Made by a program: the position numbers and the translations under genes. 36,751 bases of DNA from a virus: the IMG/VR virus record IMGVR_UViG_3300045988_077255. One strand, 5' to 3'. The notes under the pieces are model-generated. The model had not been told where the DNA came from, ran no database searches, and worked only from the letters and a program-made list of their open reading frames with translations. Shown here piece by piece: positions 17,449 to 26,051 of this stretch. Numbering within the stretch: the stretch's first letter is position 1; each line of letters begins with the position of its first letter.

Positions 17449-19074
17449 TCACTCCCATTTCAAATATGGATACATGTCATCTATATATTTCATTGTATCC
17501 TTAATCGTCTCCTTTGTCAATTTCTCACCTCTATGTCTGCATTCATTCAAAAAACATTCTAATTCTTGGTTTTTAGTATTTGGCTTATTGATTTTAGCAT
17601 GTGTTGCTTCGTGTATCACAGTAAGAGCCGCATCTTTCACTTTCTTTACATTATCAGCGTATACATTAATTGTCCCTGATTCAAATGTCCCTGCTCGTCC
17701 TGGTTCAACATCCACCCCATAATATATATTTACAGGAATATCATTATCTTGTATATATGCTAATAATTCTCGTCCTATTTCAGATTTATTCATTTCTTTC
17801 ATAATGTTATGAGGCTTTATAATATCCCTCCCCTTTTGCGGACTTCTTCCATCAAAAGTAGTAAAATTCTTTTCATTATCTTTATAACGTCTTGGTGCAA
17901 TCTGAACAGTTCTTCTACCAGCCATCCTCCCCAGCCCATCCATATACACTCGTTCCATCTGCTCCGGAAGTTTCATTTTCTTTGAAAAGTCTTTATACTG
18001 ACTTAGTGTATTAAGATATCTCGCCTGAGCTGCTATCACGGTATCCAAGTCTGCATTTCCCTGTTTCAGGTTCTTAATATTTGCTCTCTGTGCCCGCATG
18101 GTCGTTTCCATCTGCCGTTGTGCCTGTGATGCCTGGTATGCATTGTAGCTTTTGCCTTTGTACTCATGCTCTTCCTGCTCTTTTGCTTCCAGCTCTTCTA
18201 ACTGCTCGTCTGTATAAGTCCTTGCAGAAAAACCATCCACAAAAGCATAGTAACTATGCTTACAATTCCATCCACATAAACCTCTTCCCTCTCCAAGTTC
18301 GCACACTCTTACAAGGTCATCGTAGCTGTAGACTTTACCGCCCCACCAGTGTTCTGGTCGGTGTCCACCATGCCATGTCACTTCGTATTTATCCGTTTTC
18401 AGGTCTTTTGCAACCATTTCGTTTATTTTACTACTCAACTGTGAAACACCTGTCATAATGGCTCGTCTTGCCGCCACAGGTGCACGGTTTTTCCATCCGG
18501 ATGCATAGTCCACTGTTTGCAGTCCAGAAGCTGTCATTTCTTTTACGACTCGCCTCAAGACAGTATTATAATCAAATGAACCTGTTACAATATCCATACA
18601 GGCAGAATCTAAATACTTCTGGTAATACGTTGCCAGTGGTGTGAATACTTTCTTACCACGCATTTGCACGGTAAATCCCATTGACTGCGTAAGATTCTTT
18701 ATCTCTCCCTGTGTCTGCTTTGAAATTGCATCTGCCCATTTTCTAATTGTCTCATTCTCTTCGAGCGGAATAAAATTACCGTTTATCTGCTCATAAGCAT
18801 CTTTATTTCTGACATATTCCCAGTCACAGACTTTATCATACAAAGCCCAAATTTCCGGATAGGAAGCATTTAAAAGATTTTTCAATTCCTTTTCTATGAA
18901 CTCTGTACTATTTCCAAGCAGCAGGAGTTTATTTATCTGATAATCTGCCGTGCTGGTAATTTCACCAGTTTTTTTGATTCTCCTTACAATATCCGCATAA
19001 ATTCGGTCTTGCAAATCATAAAAAAGTTTTTCCGTCCGAAGTGGCAGTGTTCCTTTTTCGTCTGGTGTCATCAT
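17449..19074 (-). CDS. Minor head protein (SPP1 gp7 / Mu F family) with C-terminal HExxH metallopeptidase-like extension
   Basis: 541 aa. MuF-type motifs: VTWHGGHRPEHWWGGKVY and GLCGWNCKHSYYAF. The C-terminal ~130 aa contain VIHEATHAK. Confidence 0.85.
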   Translation of the reverse strand: MMTPDEKGTLPLRTEKLFYDLQDRIYADIVRRIKKTGEITSTADYQINKLLLLGNSTEFIEKELKNLLNASYPEIWALYDKVCDWEYVRNKDAYEQINGNFIPLEENETIRKWADAISKQTQGEIKNLTQSMGFTVQMRGKKVFTPLATYYQKYLDSACMDIVTGSFDYNTVLRRVVKEMTASGLQTVDYASGWKNRAPVAARRAIMTGVSQLSSKINEMVAKDLKTDKYEVTWHGGHRPEHWWGGKVYSYDDLVRVCELGEGRGLCGWNCKHSYYAFVDGFSARTYTDEQLEELEAKEQEEHEYKGKSYNAYQASQAQRQMETTMRAQRANIKNLKQGNADLDTVIAAQARYLNTLSQYKDFSKKMKLPEQMERVYMDGLGRMAGRRTVQIAPRRYKDNEKNFTTFDGRSPQKGRDIIKPHNIMKEMNKSEIGRELLAYIQDNDIPVNIYYGVDVEPGRAGTFESGTINVYADNVKKVKDAALTVIHEATHAKINKPNTKNQELECFLNECRHRGEKLTKETIKDTMKYIDDMYPYLKWE

Positions 19075-19080
19075 AAATGC

Positions 19081-20439
19081 TTACTCCTCAATCGGGTCAG
19101 GATCTACACTTTCATCAATAATCTTCTTTGCGGCTTCTTCCTCTGTTTCACCGTACCACTTTGCACGATACTCTACTAAGGTCATCGCACCCATGTTTAC
19201 ATCCTGTCTATCCTGCTGCCGTTCTGTCTCTTCACTAGTTAAAATGGAATCACTGAATTCACAGAAGAACTCATAACCGGAAGTGTACATAGAATTATAA
19301 AATGCCAGTCCTGCCGCAAAATCTTCCAGACAGTCCCGAAGTTTTCCCTGTATTGCTTTTACACGATTATACTTTCTCGCCTTTGATGACTTGATTTCTT
19401 CCGCTGTCTTTTCAACATTCTGTACGTTTGAGAGGTCACCATAGCTTAAGCCTACAATAAACTCAATTTCTCGCTTATATTCTTCTAAGCCACGTTTAAA
19501 CGCTTCGTCACGCATTTCCGGAGAGTACTCACGGAACAGTTCTTTGTCTTTTCCATCCTCAAGATTTAAGCCACGATACAATCGTTTGCTTAGTCGTGGC
19601 AGATTAAAACGTCCACCTTTTTGCTTTAGTGCTCTCTCATCTACGTGAATGGCACGTTCTCCGGAATTGTATTCCCAGTCAAGTCTTGCCGCTTGAATAT
19701 CCGCTTTCATAATCCGCTCTTTCGCAGATTCATATACCGATACACCACAATGACTACCATCTACATTATTACGAAGCGGATTCCTGTAATATCCAAAATC
19801 CATTTGCTCCATTCCTGGATAACTGACCGGACCAGCTTCTATGTTCTGCCACTCTCCCACTTCTTCAAGAGAACATTCCTGTCCAATGTCAGCCTGTGTC
19901 TGCGAATGATAACACCTGTTTGAAATCGTAAGCACTCCATTTGCAATGGTATGCCGTTCTACTCTCGTATAATAATCAATCTCACCGATACGTTTTACCG
20001 TAAGAAACGCAACATCAGTTGGTCTGCCATTGTCTCCAAACTGAATCGGTATGAACTTATCCGCAGTAATAAACTCTGCCAATCCTCCCGGCAATGGTTT
20101 CAAACAAAAAGAGCCCAGTGCAAGACCATCTTGCAAGTGCTCATTTAAAAGTGTAAGCTGTTTTTTATATATCTTGTCCAATGCCGGTACAGAAATAGAT
20201 GTTTCCATCTCTGCTAATACGGTATCTGCAAATTCACGACAGATACCTTGCTCTATCTTAAGAGACTGCACATCGCTACTAGTCCAGTCTGCCGCTCCGT
20301 CGAGCATTAACTTCCATTCGTTGATGGCATCAATCATTCCTTGCGATAATGCCACATCCGTACCAAGTATACTTTTTAATTGCGTATAGCCAAACATTCT
20401 CGCTATCCTCCTCAGAAAATTCTTAATTCCATCAAACAT
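19081..20439 (-). CDS. Portal protein (SPP1 gp6-like)
   Basis: 452 aa, between TerL and the MuF gene, with an acidic C-terminus. Confidence 0.85.
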   Translation of the reverse strand: MFDGIKNFLRRIARMFGYTQLKSILGTDVALSQGMIDAINEWKLMLDGAADWTSSDVQSLKIEQGICREFADTVLAEMETSISVPALDKIYKKQLTLLNEHLQDGLALGSFCLKPLPGGLAEFITADKFIPIQFGDNGRPTDVAFLTVKRIGEIDYYTRVERHTIANGVLTISNRCYHSQTQADIGQECSLEEVGEWQNIEAGPVSYPGMEQMDFGYYRNPLRNNVDGSHCGVSVYESAKERIMKADIQAARLDWEYNSGERAIHVDERALKQKGGRFNLPRLSKRLYRGLNLEDGKDKELFREYSPEMRDEAFKRGLEEYKREIEFIVGLSYGDLSNVQNVEKTAEEIKSSKARKYNRVKAIQGKLRDCLEDFAAGLAFYNSMYTSGYEFFCEFSDSILTSEETERQQDRQDVNMGAMTLVEYRAKWYGETEEEAAKKIIDESVDPDPIEE

Positions 20440-20442
20440 TTT

Positions 20443-21759
20443 CTATTCCTCATCAATCAGATACTTCATATCTCGTTCAATCGTATATTCAAACGCATCC
20501 AAGCTGTCAATGTCTGTACTTCCATCGTCAAGCCGTTCATCTACTAAGGATTCTTTATCATAAACCGCATCACAAAAAGCTGTCTCCAAGCTCTCGCAAT
20601 CTTCTGTTAAGAAGAACCGTCCTGCTCCCATTAACATCTGTGTACAGCGGATACGGTCAATAATTGCTTTTTTCTTTGCTGGCTTTACAGATATCCAGGG
20701 ATATCTTGTCTCTACATTATTCCGAATGGATGCACCTAAAACTGATTCTGCATTGTCGAAAAATACTGTTTCTACATTGCAGTACTGCATGTATTCTCCT
20801 CGCCCATCCGTTACTGCATATTTATCAATAACTTCCTGTACAAATTCCAGAAAAAGCTCTGTCAGTTTCTTTGAGTCAATCCCTTCCGGAAAATCGTCTA
20901 CCATGATGCGCCTGCTCATCACACCAATAACTTCTCTGTAATTATCTGTGTATCCTCTTGCTACAAAAGCATGACCGGATTTATTTCCACCAAAGTCCAG
21001 ACCAATTTCAAGCGACACAATATCTGTTTTCTTAAACTCTCTGCGCTCCGTATTGCCCTCTATTTCGTCTTTTATCTCACAGTAGAACAACTCTGACTTA
21101 TCTGCAAAACGCTTGTAAATTGCCCCATCTGCACGCTTCCACTTGCCAAGTATGAGCCTTTCATACCACACCGTACCCTCGTACTCTTTGCAGAGCTGTT
21201 CTACATACTCAGGCGGTAAAAACGGATTATCAAAGATAGTGTACTTCTGCAAATAGATATCCAGTTCTTCGTTATCAATGAACTTTTTCAGCCAGTGTGT
21301 TGGCTGTTCTGGGTTGCACGCTCCATCAAAACACGAATACGGCTTGTCCAGTCGTGATTTAAGCATTTGGAACACATCTTGATTCCACTTTGCAATCTCA
21401 TCACCATAACAATACTTAATGCTGGAACCCTGTATTTTTGCGACCTGGCTGACTTTCTCCGCTCCAAGACAATACACGTCCTCACCGCAGATTCTTGCGA
21501 TATTCATACTGTTGATAGTTCCAATCAGTTTATCCGTGTACAGCTCTCTCATTGGCTGTAATACATTTCGTTCGATTGAAGCCTTTGACACTCCAAGAAT
21601 CGCATTTAATCCTGGCTTTCCTTTTCTTTCTCGGATCCGGAACGGAACGATATAAGCAGTATCTACAAAAGACTTTCCGGAACGAACTGCTCCGGATTTA
21701 ATGTTCCAGCGATGCGTGGCATGTAAAATATACTCATTCTGCTTCTTGCTTAACTGCAT
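20443..21759 (-). CDS. terL: Terminase large subunit
   Basis: 438 aa. Walker A motif GAVRSGKS near the N-terminus and a nuclease-type acidic C-terminal half. Confidence 0.9.
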   Translation of the reverse strand: MQLSKKQNEYILHATHRWNIKSGAVRSGKSFVDTAYIVPFRIRERKGKPGLNAILGVSKASIERNVLQPMRELYTDKLIGTINSMNIARICGEDVYCLGAEKVSQVAKIQGSSIKYCYGDEIAKWNQDVFQMLKSRLDKPYSCFDGACNPEQPTHWLKKFIDNEELDIYLQKYTIFDNPFLPPEYVEQLCKEYEGTVWYERLILGKWKRADGAIYKRFADKSELFYCEIKDEIEGNTERREFKKTDIVSLEIGLDFGGNKSGHAFVARGYTDNYREVIGVMSRRIMVDDFPEGIDSKKLTELFLEFVQEVIDKYAVTDGRGEYMQYCNVETVFFDNAESVLGASIRNNVETRYPWISVKPAKKKAIIDRIRCTQMLMGAGRFFLTEDCESLETAFCDAVYDKESLVDERLDDGSTDIDSLDAFEYTIERDMKYLIDEE

Positions 21760-22177
21760 TATCCCGCATCTCCTTTAGTATCGCATCCAGTCTATCTAAC
21801 GCTTCATCCGTCTCATTTTCACCAGTTATCTGTTGTTTCCTTGCCCTCTTTAACTCAATATCTTCGTCTGGTACTTCATACTGTCCTGCAAACCGTGCTA
21901 CAGCCTCATAAGCCTTTACATCACCCTTTAGTGCTTTCTTTATCATTGCCATATTGATTGCACTTTCAAGAGTGCTGTCTATGCCAAGACTTTCCAGAAA
22001 TGGAGTTAATTCCTCGTTCTCAATTTTTGCACTAAGCAGCAGGTTTAAAGTTTTTCTAAAATTCGCTCTTTTTCTCCTCGCCTCACCGGATGCTTCGCCA
22101 GCTCTTTTCGCTAATTCTCGGCGTTCGTTCGGAGTTCGATTATTATTTGCATCTTTTATGTTTTCATAGTTTGCCAT
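21734..22177 (-). CDS. terS: Terminase small subunit
   Basis: Track ORF is 21734..22273. ATG at 22177 (MANYENIKD) lies behind GGAAGGTGGGTGG. Motif NERRELAKRAGEASGEARRKR. It overlaps terL. Confidence 0.7.
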   Translation of the reverse strand: MANYENIKDANNNRTPNERRELAKRAGEASGEARRKRANFRKTLNLLLSAKIENEELTPFLESLGIDSTLESAINMAMIKKALKGDVKAYEAVARFAGQYEVPDEDIELKRARKQQITGENETDEALDRLDAILKEMRDNAVKQEAE

Positions 22178-22209
22178 CCACCCACCTTCCTGTCTTGCTA
22201 AATTTATGT

Positions 22210-22241
22210 ATAAAAATAGCACCCAGTAAATACTGGATGCT
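22210..22241 (-). terminator. Strong rho-independent terminator between the early region and terS
   Basis: Minus strand reads AGCAUCCAGU-AUUU-ACUGGGUGCU (10 bp, one G.U) followed by AUUUUUAU. Confidence 0.75.
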
Positions 22242-22338
22242 ATATGGATAAAATGTAAAGAAAAGAGAAACATGTAAGTTTAGCACTTACCAGCTCTTGT
22301 CCATTACCCGAACAAGTGGGCACACCGTCACGTGTGAG

Positions 22339-22412
22339 CAACAGCGGAAGGAATCGAACCCCCGACCTCTTGCAAGGCATTTGCAAGCGCTCTACCACTG
22401 AGCTACGCTTTG
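22339..22412 (-). tRNA. Aberrant tRNA-like gene (Ala-tRNA-like body, non-canonical anticodon arm)
   Basis: Arms read CAAAGCG-TA-GCTC-AGTGGTA-GAGC-G-CTTGC-AAATGCCTT-GCAAG-AGGTC-GGGGG-TTCGATT-CCTTC-CGCTGTT-G. The D and T arms are canonical. The anticodon loop is 9 nt (or a 7-bp stem with a 5-nt loop). The acceptor stem pairs at only 5 of 7 positions. Confidence 0.5.
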
Positions 22413-22601
22413 ATGCGCCTGTTGGCAATTCAACAGGCTGTGACTACATAATACATAACATTTTAGAGGATACCTATGGAAATCAAAAACCAATGACCGT
22501 AAATAGGCTAGGTAATGAAACTTTGTTTGCTCTCTGCCTTTCAAACCCATTTACACTATATCATAAGGTGAATGTCTCATTCTATTCCATCTTTTAACTT
22601 T

Positions 22602-23000
22602 TTAACGAATACCAACTTTTTCCATCAACGCTTCTTGAAGTACCTGTGAAAAGTTAATATTCATAGCAAGTGCTTCTTCATTTAACCATTCCGGAATTGT
22701 AAGTGTCTTTTTCACTGCTCTGCTATTGTGTCTACGGTCATATTCAGCTTTATCGAACTGAACTACAACAATTACACCATCTTCTGGTTTTTCTATATTT
22801 TCAATATCGGATGCCTTTGGAAGTTCTTCTTTGGATTTGATACGGTCAGTTAATGTCAAGCCAAGAGCATCTACTGCCATATTATATGCTTCTTCCATAT
22901 CATCACCCTCTGTTATACACTCAGGTAAATCTGGAAATGTAATCCAAAACCCTCCCTCTTCTGCTTTGTGAAAAATTGCTGGATAAAATAATTTCTTCAT
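22602..23000 (-). CDS. hicB: HicB-family antitoxin
   Basis: 132 aa. The N-terminus YPAIFHKAEEGGFWITFPDLPECITEGDDMEEA is HicB-type. The C-terminal part looks like a DNA-binding (RHH-like) segment. Confidence 0.8.
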   Translation of the reverse strand: MKKLFYPAIFHKAEEGGFWITFPDLPECITEGDDMEEAYNMAVDALGLTLTDRIKSKEELPKASDIENIEKPEDGVIVVVQFDKAEYDRRHNSRAVKKTLTIPEWLNEEALAMNINFSQVLQEALMEKVGIR

Positions 23001-23034
23001 TGCCTTTACCTCCTACTTTTTGAAAGACAGGGGC

Positions 23035-23223
23035 TTATTTCAGCCCCGCCTGTTTCAGTATTGTCTGTTCTGTTCCCTTTTTCAAATCCTTATTATGTAA
23101 AGGAACAATTGTTTGTTTTCCAGTTTCTTGGTTTCGCATTTTTACATGTGAACCATTCTGACTGACTATGATAAAACCGTTTTTCTTTAAAAGTTTTATC
23201 ATTTCACTTGGCTTGATTGGCAT
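23035..23223 (-). CDS. hicA: HicA-family mRNA interferase toxin
   Basis: 62 aa, reading KPSEMIKLLKKNGFIIVSQNGSHVKMRN...IVPLHNKDLKKGTEQTILKQAGL. Confidence 0.85.
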   Translation of the reverse strand: MPIKPSEMIKLLKKNGFIIVSQNGSHVKMRNQETGKQTIVPLHNKDLKKGTEQTILKQAGLK

Positions 23224-23253
23224 CTGATATTCTCCTTTCCTTAAGTTAATTCT

Positions 23254-23282
23254 ATTATACTACGTATTAATACGTATGTCAA
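23254..23282 (-). promoter_or_regulatory. Consensus sigma-70 promoter of hicAB with a palindromic operator in the spacer
   Basis: Minus strand reads TTGACA-N17-TATAAT. The spacer holds the perfect 16-bp palindrome TACGTATTAATACGTA (23261..23276). Confidence 0.75.
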
Positions 23283-23311
23283 CACTTATAAAGAAATCTT
23301 ATCCATAATTT

Positions 23312-23872
23312 TTACATTTCAAAATGTTCCAATGCTTTTCCATGTATTCTATTCACTTGTGCCCGACAATATCCTGTTTTTGCCATTACTTCTTCCCACT
23401 TCATCCCTCGAAGATAACGCATCCTTAACAAATCTGCTTCATCTGTATCGTCCATTCTTTTTATTTTCCCCTCTATCTCCATTCTGAGTTTTACTTTGCA
23501 AAGACGTTCTTCTTTCAGTTTCTCAATTAGTTCGTCCATCAACGCAACAAAGTCAGACAAATCTGCCTGACCGCTTCCCTTTGGCATCCCATCCATGGAT
23601 ACGGACGGAAACAACTTATCCGCCCGCAGTTCCTGGATTTCTTCCAAGATATTTTGTTCTCTTCTCTCTGCCTTTCTGTATTGCAAGAGGTATTCTTTTT
23701 TCTTGTCTTTTTCCTCACTCACTTCTTCTGTGACAATTTTTACCTCGTCCCCGATTCTGACATTATGCTCTTTTTCAAGTCTCTTTCTTGTTTCAGTGTT
23801 TCTTTCTGCCGCTCTCGTTCCCCAGAGCACCGAAGCGCCCTGGGATGTAATATCTCTATAACTCACTTTCAT
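23312..23872 (-). CDS. Sigma-70 region-4-like phage transcriptional regulator (candidate late-gene activator)
   Basis: 186 aa. The C-terminus ADLLRMRYLRGMKWEEVMAKTGYCRAQVNRIHGKALEHF is an HTH of the sigma r4 / DUF1492 type. The true start may lie downstream. Confidence 0.6.
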   Translation of the reverse strand: MKVSYRDITSQGASVLWGTRAAERNTETRKRLEKEHNVRIGDEVKIVTEEVSEEKDKKKEYLLQYRKAERREQNILEEIQELRADKLFPSVSMDGMPKGSGQADLSDFVALMDELIEKLKEERLCKVKLRMEIEGKIKRMDDTDEADLLRMRYLRGMKWEEVMAKTGYCRAQVNRIHGKALEHFEM

Positions 23873-24398
23873 CTACCTTCGCCCAATCAATTCTTTGCCC
23901 ACAGTTCGGGCAATAATCATATTCATCATAATCAACTTCATATACACTTCCGCAGTTCGGGCAAATCCACTCGTCCCATACTTCTGTTCCATCTGGAGCA
24001 TATCCATCACCGTCAAAAGTTGGCTTTTTAGGAATCTCTTTCTGGTTGTATTCTCTTAACAATGATTTAGTCTCTTCTAAACTACAATCATTCAAAAAGG
24101 CATCTAAATCTAAATCAACTGGCTCTGCACTTCTTTCTGTCTCAAAGTCATAACTTCCATCCATCATTGCTTTAACATCTTTCAATTCACTTATAAGCAC
24201 ATCAATACTTTCTGTTTTTGTAAATGTTAAAATCACTTCGGCTTCATTTGCGCTCCACGTATCTTCAACAGGAACTTTTTCACCAATCTGATGTGGTTCT
24301 TGAGTAATGCAACACAATGCGCCAACTCCTTCGCTTAACACTCCTGTCATTCTGATATCACCAGTACCAAATTCCATTTTTGCTTTTCCTTTAATCAT
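23856..24398 (-). CDS. Hypothetical protein with C-terminal zinc ribbon
   Basis: Track ORF is 23856..24485. ATG at 24398 lies behind GGAGGTAGAGAA. Zinc-ribbon motif CPNCGSVYEVDYDEYDYCPNCG. Confidence 0.55.
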   Translation of the reverse strand: MIKGKAKMEFGTGDIRMTGVLSEGVGALCCITQEPHQIGEKVPVEDTWSANEAEVILTFTKTESIDVLISELKDVKAMMDGSYDFETERSAEPVDLDLDAFLNDCSLEETKSLLREYNQKEIPKKPTFDGDGYAPDGTEVWDEWICPNCGSVYEVDYDEYDYCPNCGQRIDWAKVDESEL

Positions 24399-24598
24399 TT
24401 CTCTACCTCCAACATTCTTTCCACTTCCGGAATCGTACACAATCCTACATCTCCAACAATTACATTGCATTTGCATGTCTTGCAATCTTTACCATCACCA
24501 CCTATTTCTTCTGCCATCCGTCCACACTCTTTGAAATCTTCCACCATTCCGGTTGAGTCAAATTCGAGTGTGACTCCATTTTTTAACTCTACCCTCAA
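24395..24598 (-). CDS. Hypothetical protein
   Basis: 67 aa with ATGA coupling to the next gene. Confidence 0.5.
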   Translation of the reverse strand: MRVELKNGVTLEFDSTGMVEDFKECGRMAEEIGGDGKDCKTCKCNVIVGDVGLCTIPEVERMLEVEK

Positions 24599-24834
24599 GA
24601 TTTCTCTCCTTTCTGGATATTCACAACCAGCATTGTCATAGCTTCAATCGCTACATCAAAATCATGCCCTAATTCAACTGCGTCTTTCGTTCCCTGTTTT
24701 GTATCACTGCCATTTGCTTTACGTACAATATCTTGCATCATCGGCTTCAACGCTTTAAAATTAGCAATAGAATCTAACAATTCATCTTCTGTCAAAGATA
24801 TAATTACTCTGTCTTCTCCCATGTTCTTTATCAT
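24595..24834 (-). CDS. Hypothetical protein
   Basis: Track ORF is 24595..24927. ATG at 24834 lies behind GGAGGAGAGAAAGAA. Confidence 0.5.
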   Translation of the reverse strand: MIKNMGEDRVIISLTEDELLDSIANFKALKPMMQDIVRKANGSDTKQGTKDAVELGHDFDVAIEAMTMLVVNIQKGEKS

Positions 24835-24984
24835 TTCTTTCTCTCCTCCATCCATTTCTTCAAGTATTCTTCCTGCTCCGCATCGTCCTCTTTCTCCATT
24901 CCGGTATCTCGGACGACCATCCAGCAACTTGCGATTGCTAAAAATACGAGTACAAGCACAACTGTTCCCAAATTTTCACCCCCC

Positions 24985-25887
24985 TCAATTGCTTTTCAAC
25001 AACATGCTCTCTAACTCACTCATGTTGTATTTTCTTTGTTCAAAGTTACAGAACTTCGCTTTCTTTGCTTCTGGTTGTTTATTTTGTGCCTTTGTTCCTC
25101 TTGTCTTTCTTACTGGATAGAACGTTTCCCATCCTCTCATTGTTGCTTCTTTTGCAACTGCTATTTTGTCAATATCTGTCTGTGCTACTTCACACAAACG
25201 CTCTTTATACAACTCAATCTGGCTTGGATTGATAATTGCTCCTTTTTGCTTCTTGTATGAGATAAACAACAAAAAAGCATCTTCTACTTCTTGATTGTCA
25301 AAATATCTGATTTTAGTATCGATACTGGAAGTAGCATTAACCGGAGGTTTTTCTTGCGAAGCAATATATATATATTTATTTACTTTCCTTTCCTCTATGG
25401 CATTTTTCTCGGAATTATCGAAGTTATTCTCGGAAAAACTCTCATTATTCTTGGATTTATTTAAAAAAGGGTTCACTTTAATAAAGGGTTCGGTCTCCTC
25501 TTTTTTGAGAAGCCACAAATCCTCTCTTACCTGAACCGGATTTTTCAGTGCTCGTGATTTCACGGCAAGCTGAAACCGTTCCTGTATTCCGGCAGAGGTC
25601 AGAACCTTGACCGACTGAAAAAGTGTGTTATCAAACAGTGACCGTTTCAATAAGTAGTTTAAGACCTGCATCACCTTTTGCTCGCTCATCCGCAGTCGTG
25701 CTGCCATCACGAGCAGAAAATCTTCATCTACTTCTAAGTAGTAGCCCCTTTTGTATACTCTTGTGAGTAAATACATATAAATTGTAAATCCATCTGCGCC
25801 AAACTTGGCATATTCAACTTCTAAATCCTCGAAAATATCCACGTCAATCGGAAAGTAATCCAGACCTTGTTTTTTTGGTCTTGCCAT
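24985..25887 (-). CDS. Replication initiation / replisome organiser (DUF4373-type N-terminus, DnaD-like)
   Basis: 300 aa, beginning GLDYFPIDVDIFEDLEVEYAKFGADGFTIYMYLLTRVYKRGYYL. Confidence 0.65.
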   Translation of the reverse strand: MARPKKQGLDYFPIDVDIFEDLEVEYAKFGADGFTIYMYLLTRVYKRGYYLEVDEDFLLVMAARLRMSEQKVMQVLNYLLKRSLFDNTLFQSVKVLTSAGIQERFQLAVKSRALKNPVQVREDLWLLKKEETEPFIKVNPFLNKSKNNESFSENNFDNSEKNAIEERKVNKYIYIASQEKPPVNATSSIDTKIRYFDNQEVEDAFLLFISYKKQKGAIINPSQIELYKERLCEVAQTDIDKIAVAKEATMRGWETFYPVRKTRGTKAQNKQPEAKKAKFCNFEQRKYNMSELESMLLKSN

Positions 25888-26051
25888 TCGTGGATACTCC
25901 TTTCTGCAACTCTGCTGGAACCTTGTCCGACCGGAAAAGTATGCTCTAAAAACAGTGACCGTTCCGGCAAGAAGTTTCCTTTTTTGCAGAGCTGCTATGT
26001 ATTTGTGTGATATATTGATATATGTGGTAAGCAGTATGAACTGCGAATCCC

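Noticed and set aside
21734-22273. N-terminal 32-aa extension of the terS ORF; similar long N-terminal extensions of track ORFs at 1154, 1777, 5251, 24485, 24927, 27669, 28732, 30139, 32429, 34119 and 35380
   Set aside because: The extensions lack RBSs and overlap upstream genes or terminators. Internal ATG codons preceded by GGAGG-type sites fit the gene packing better.
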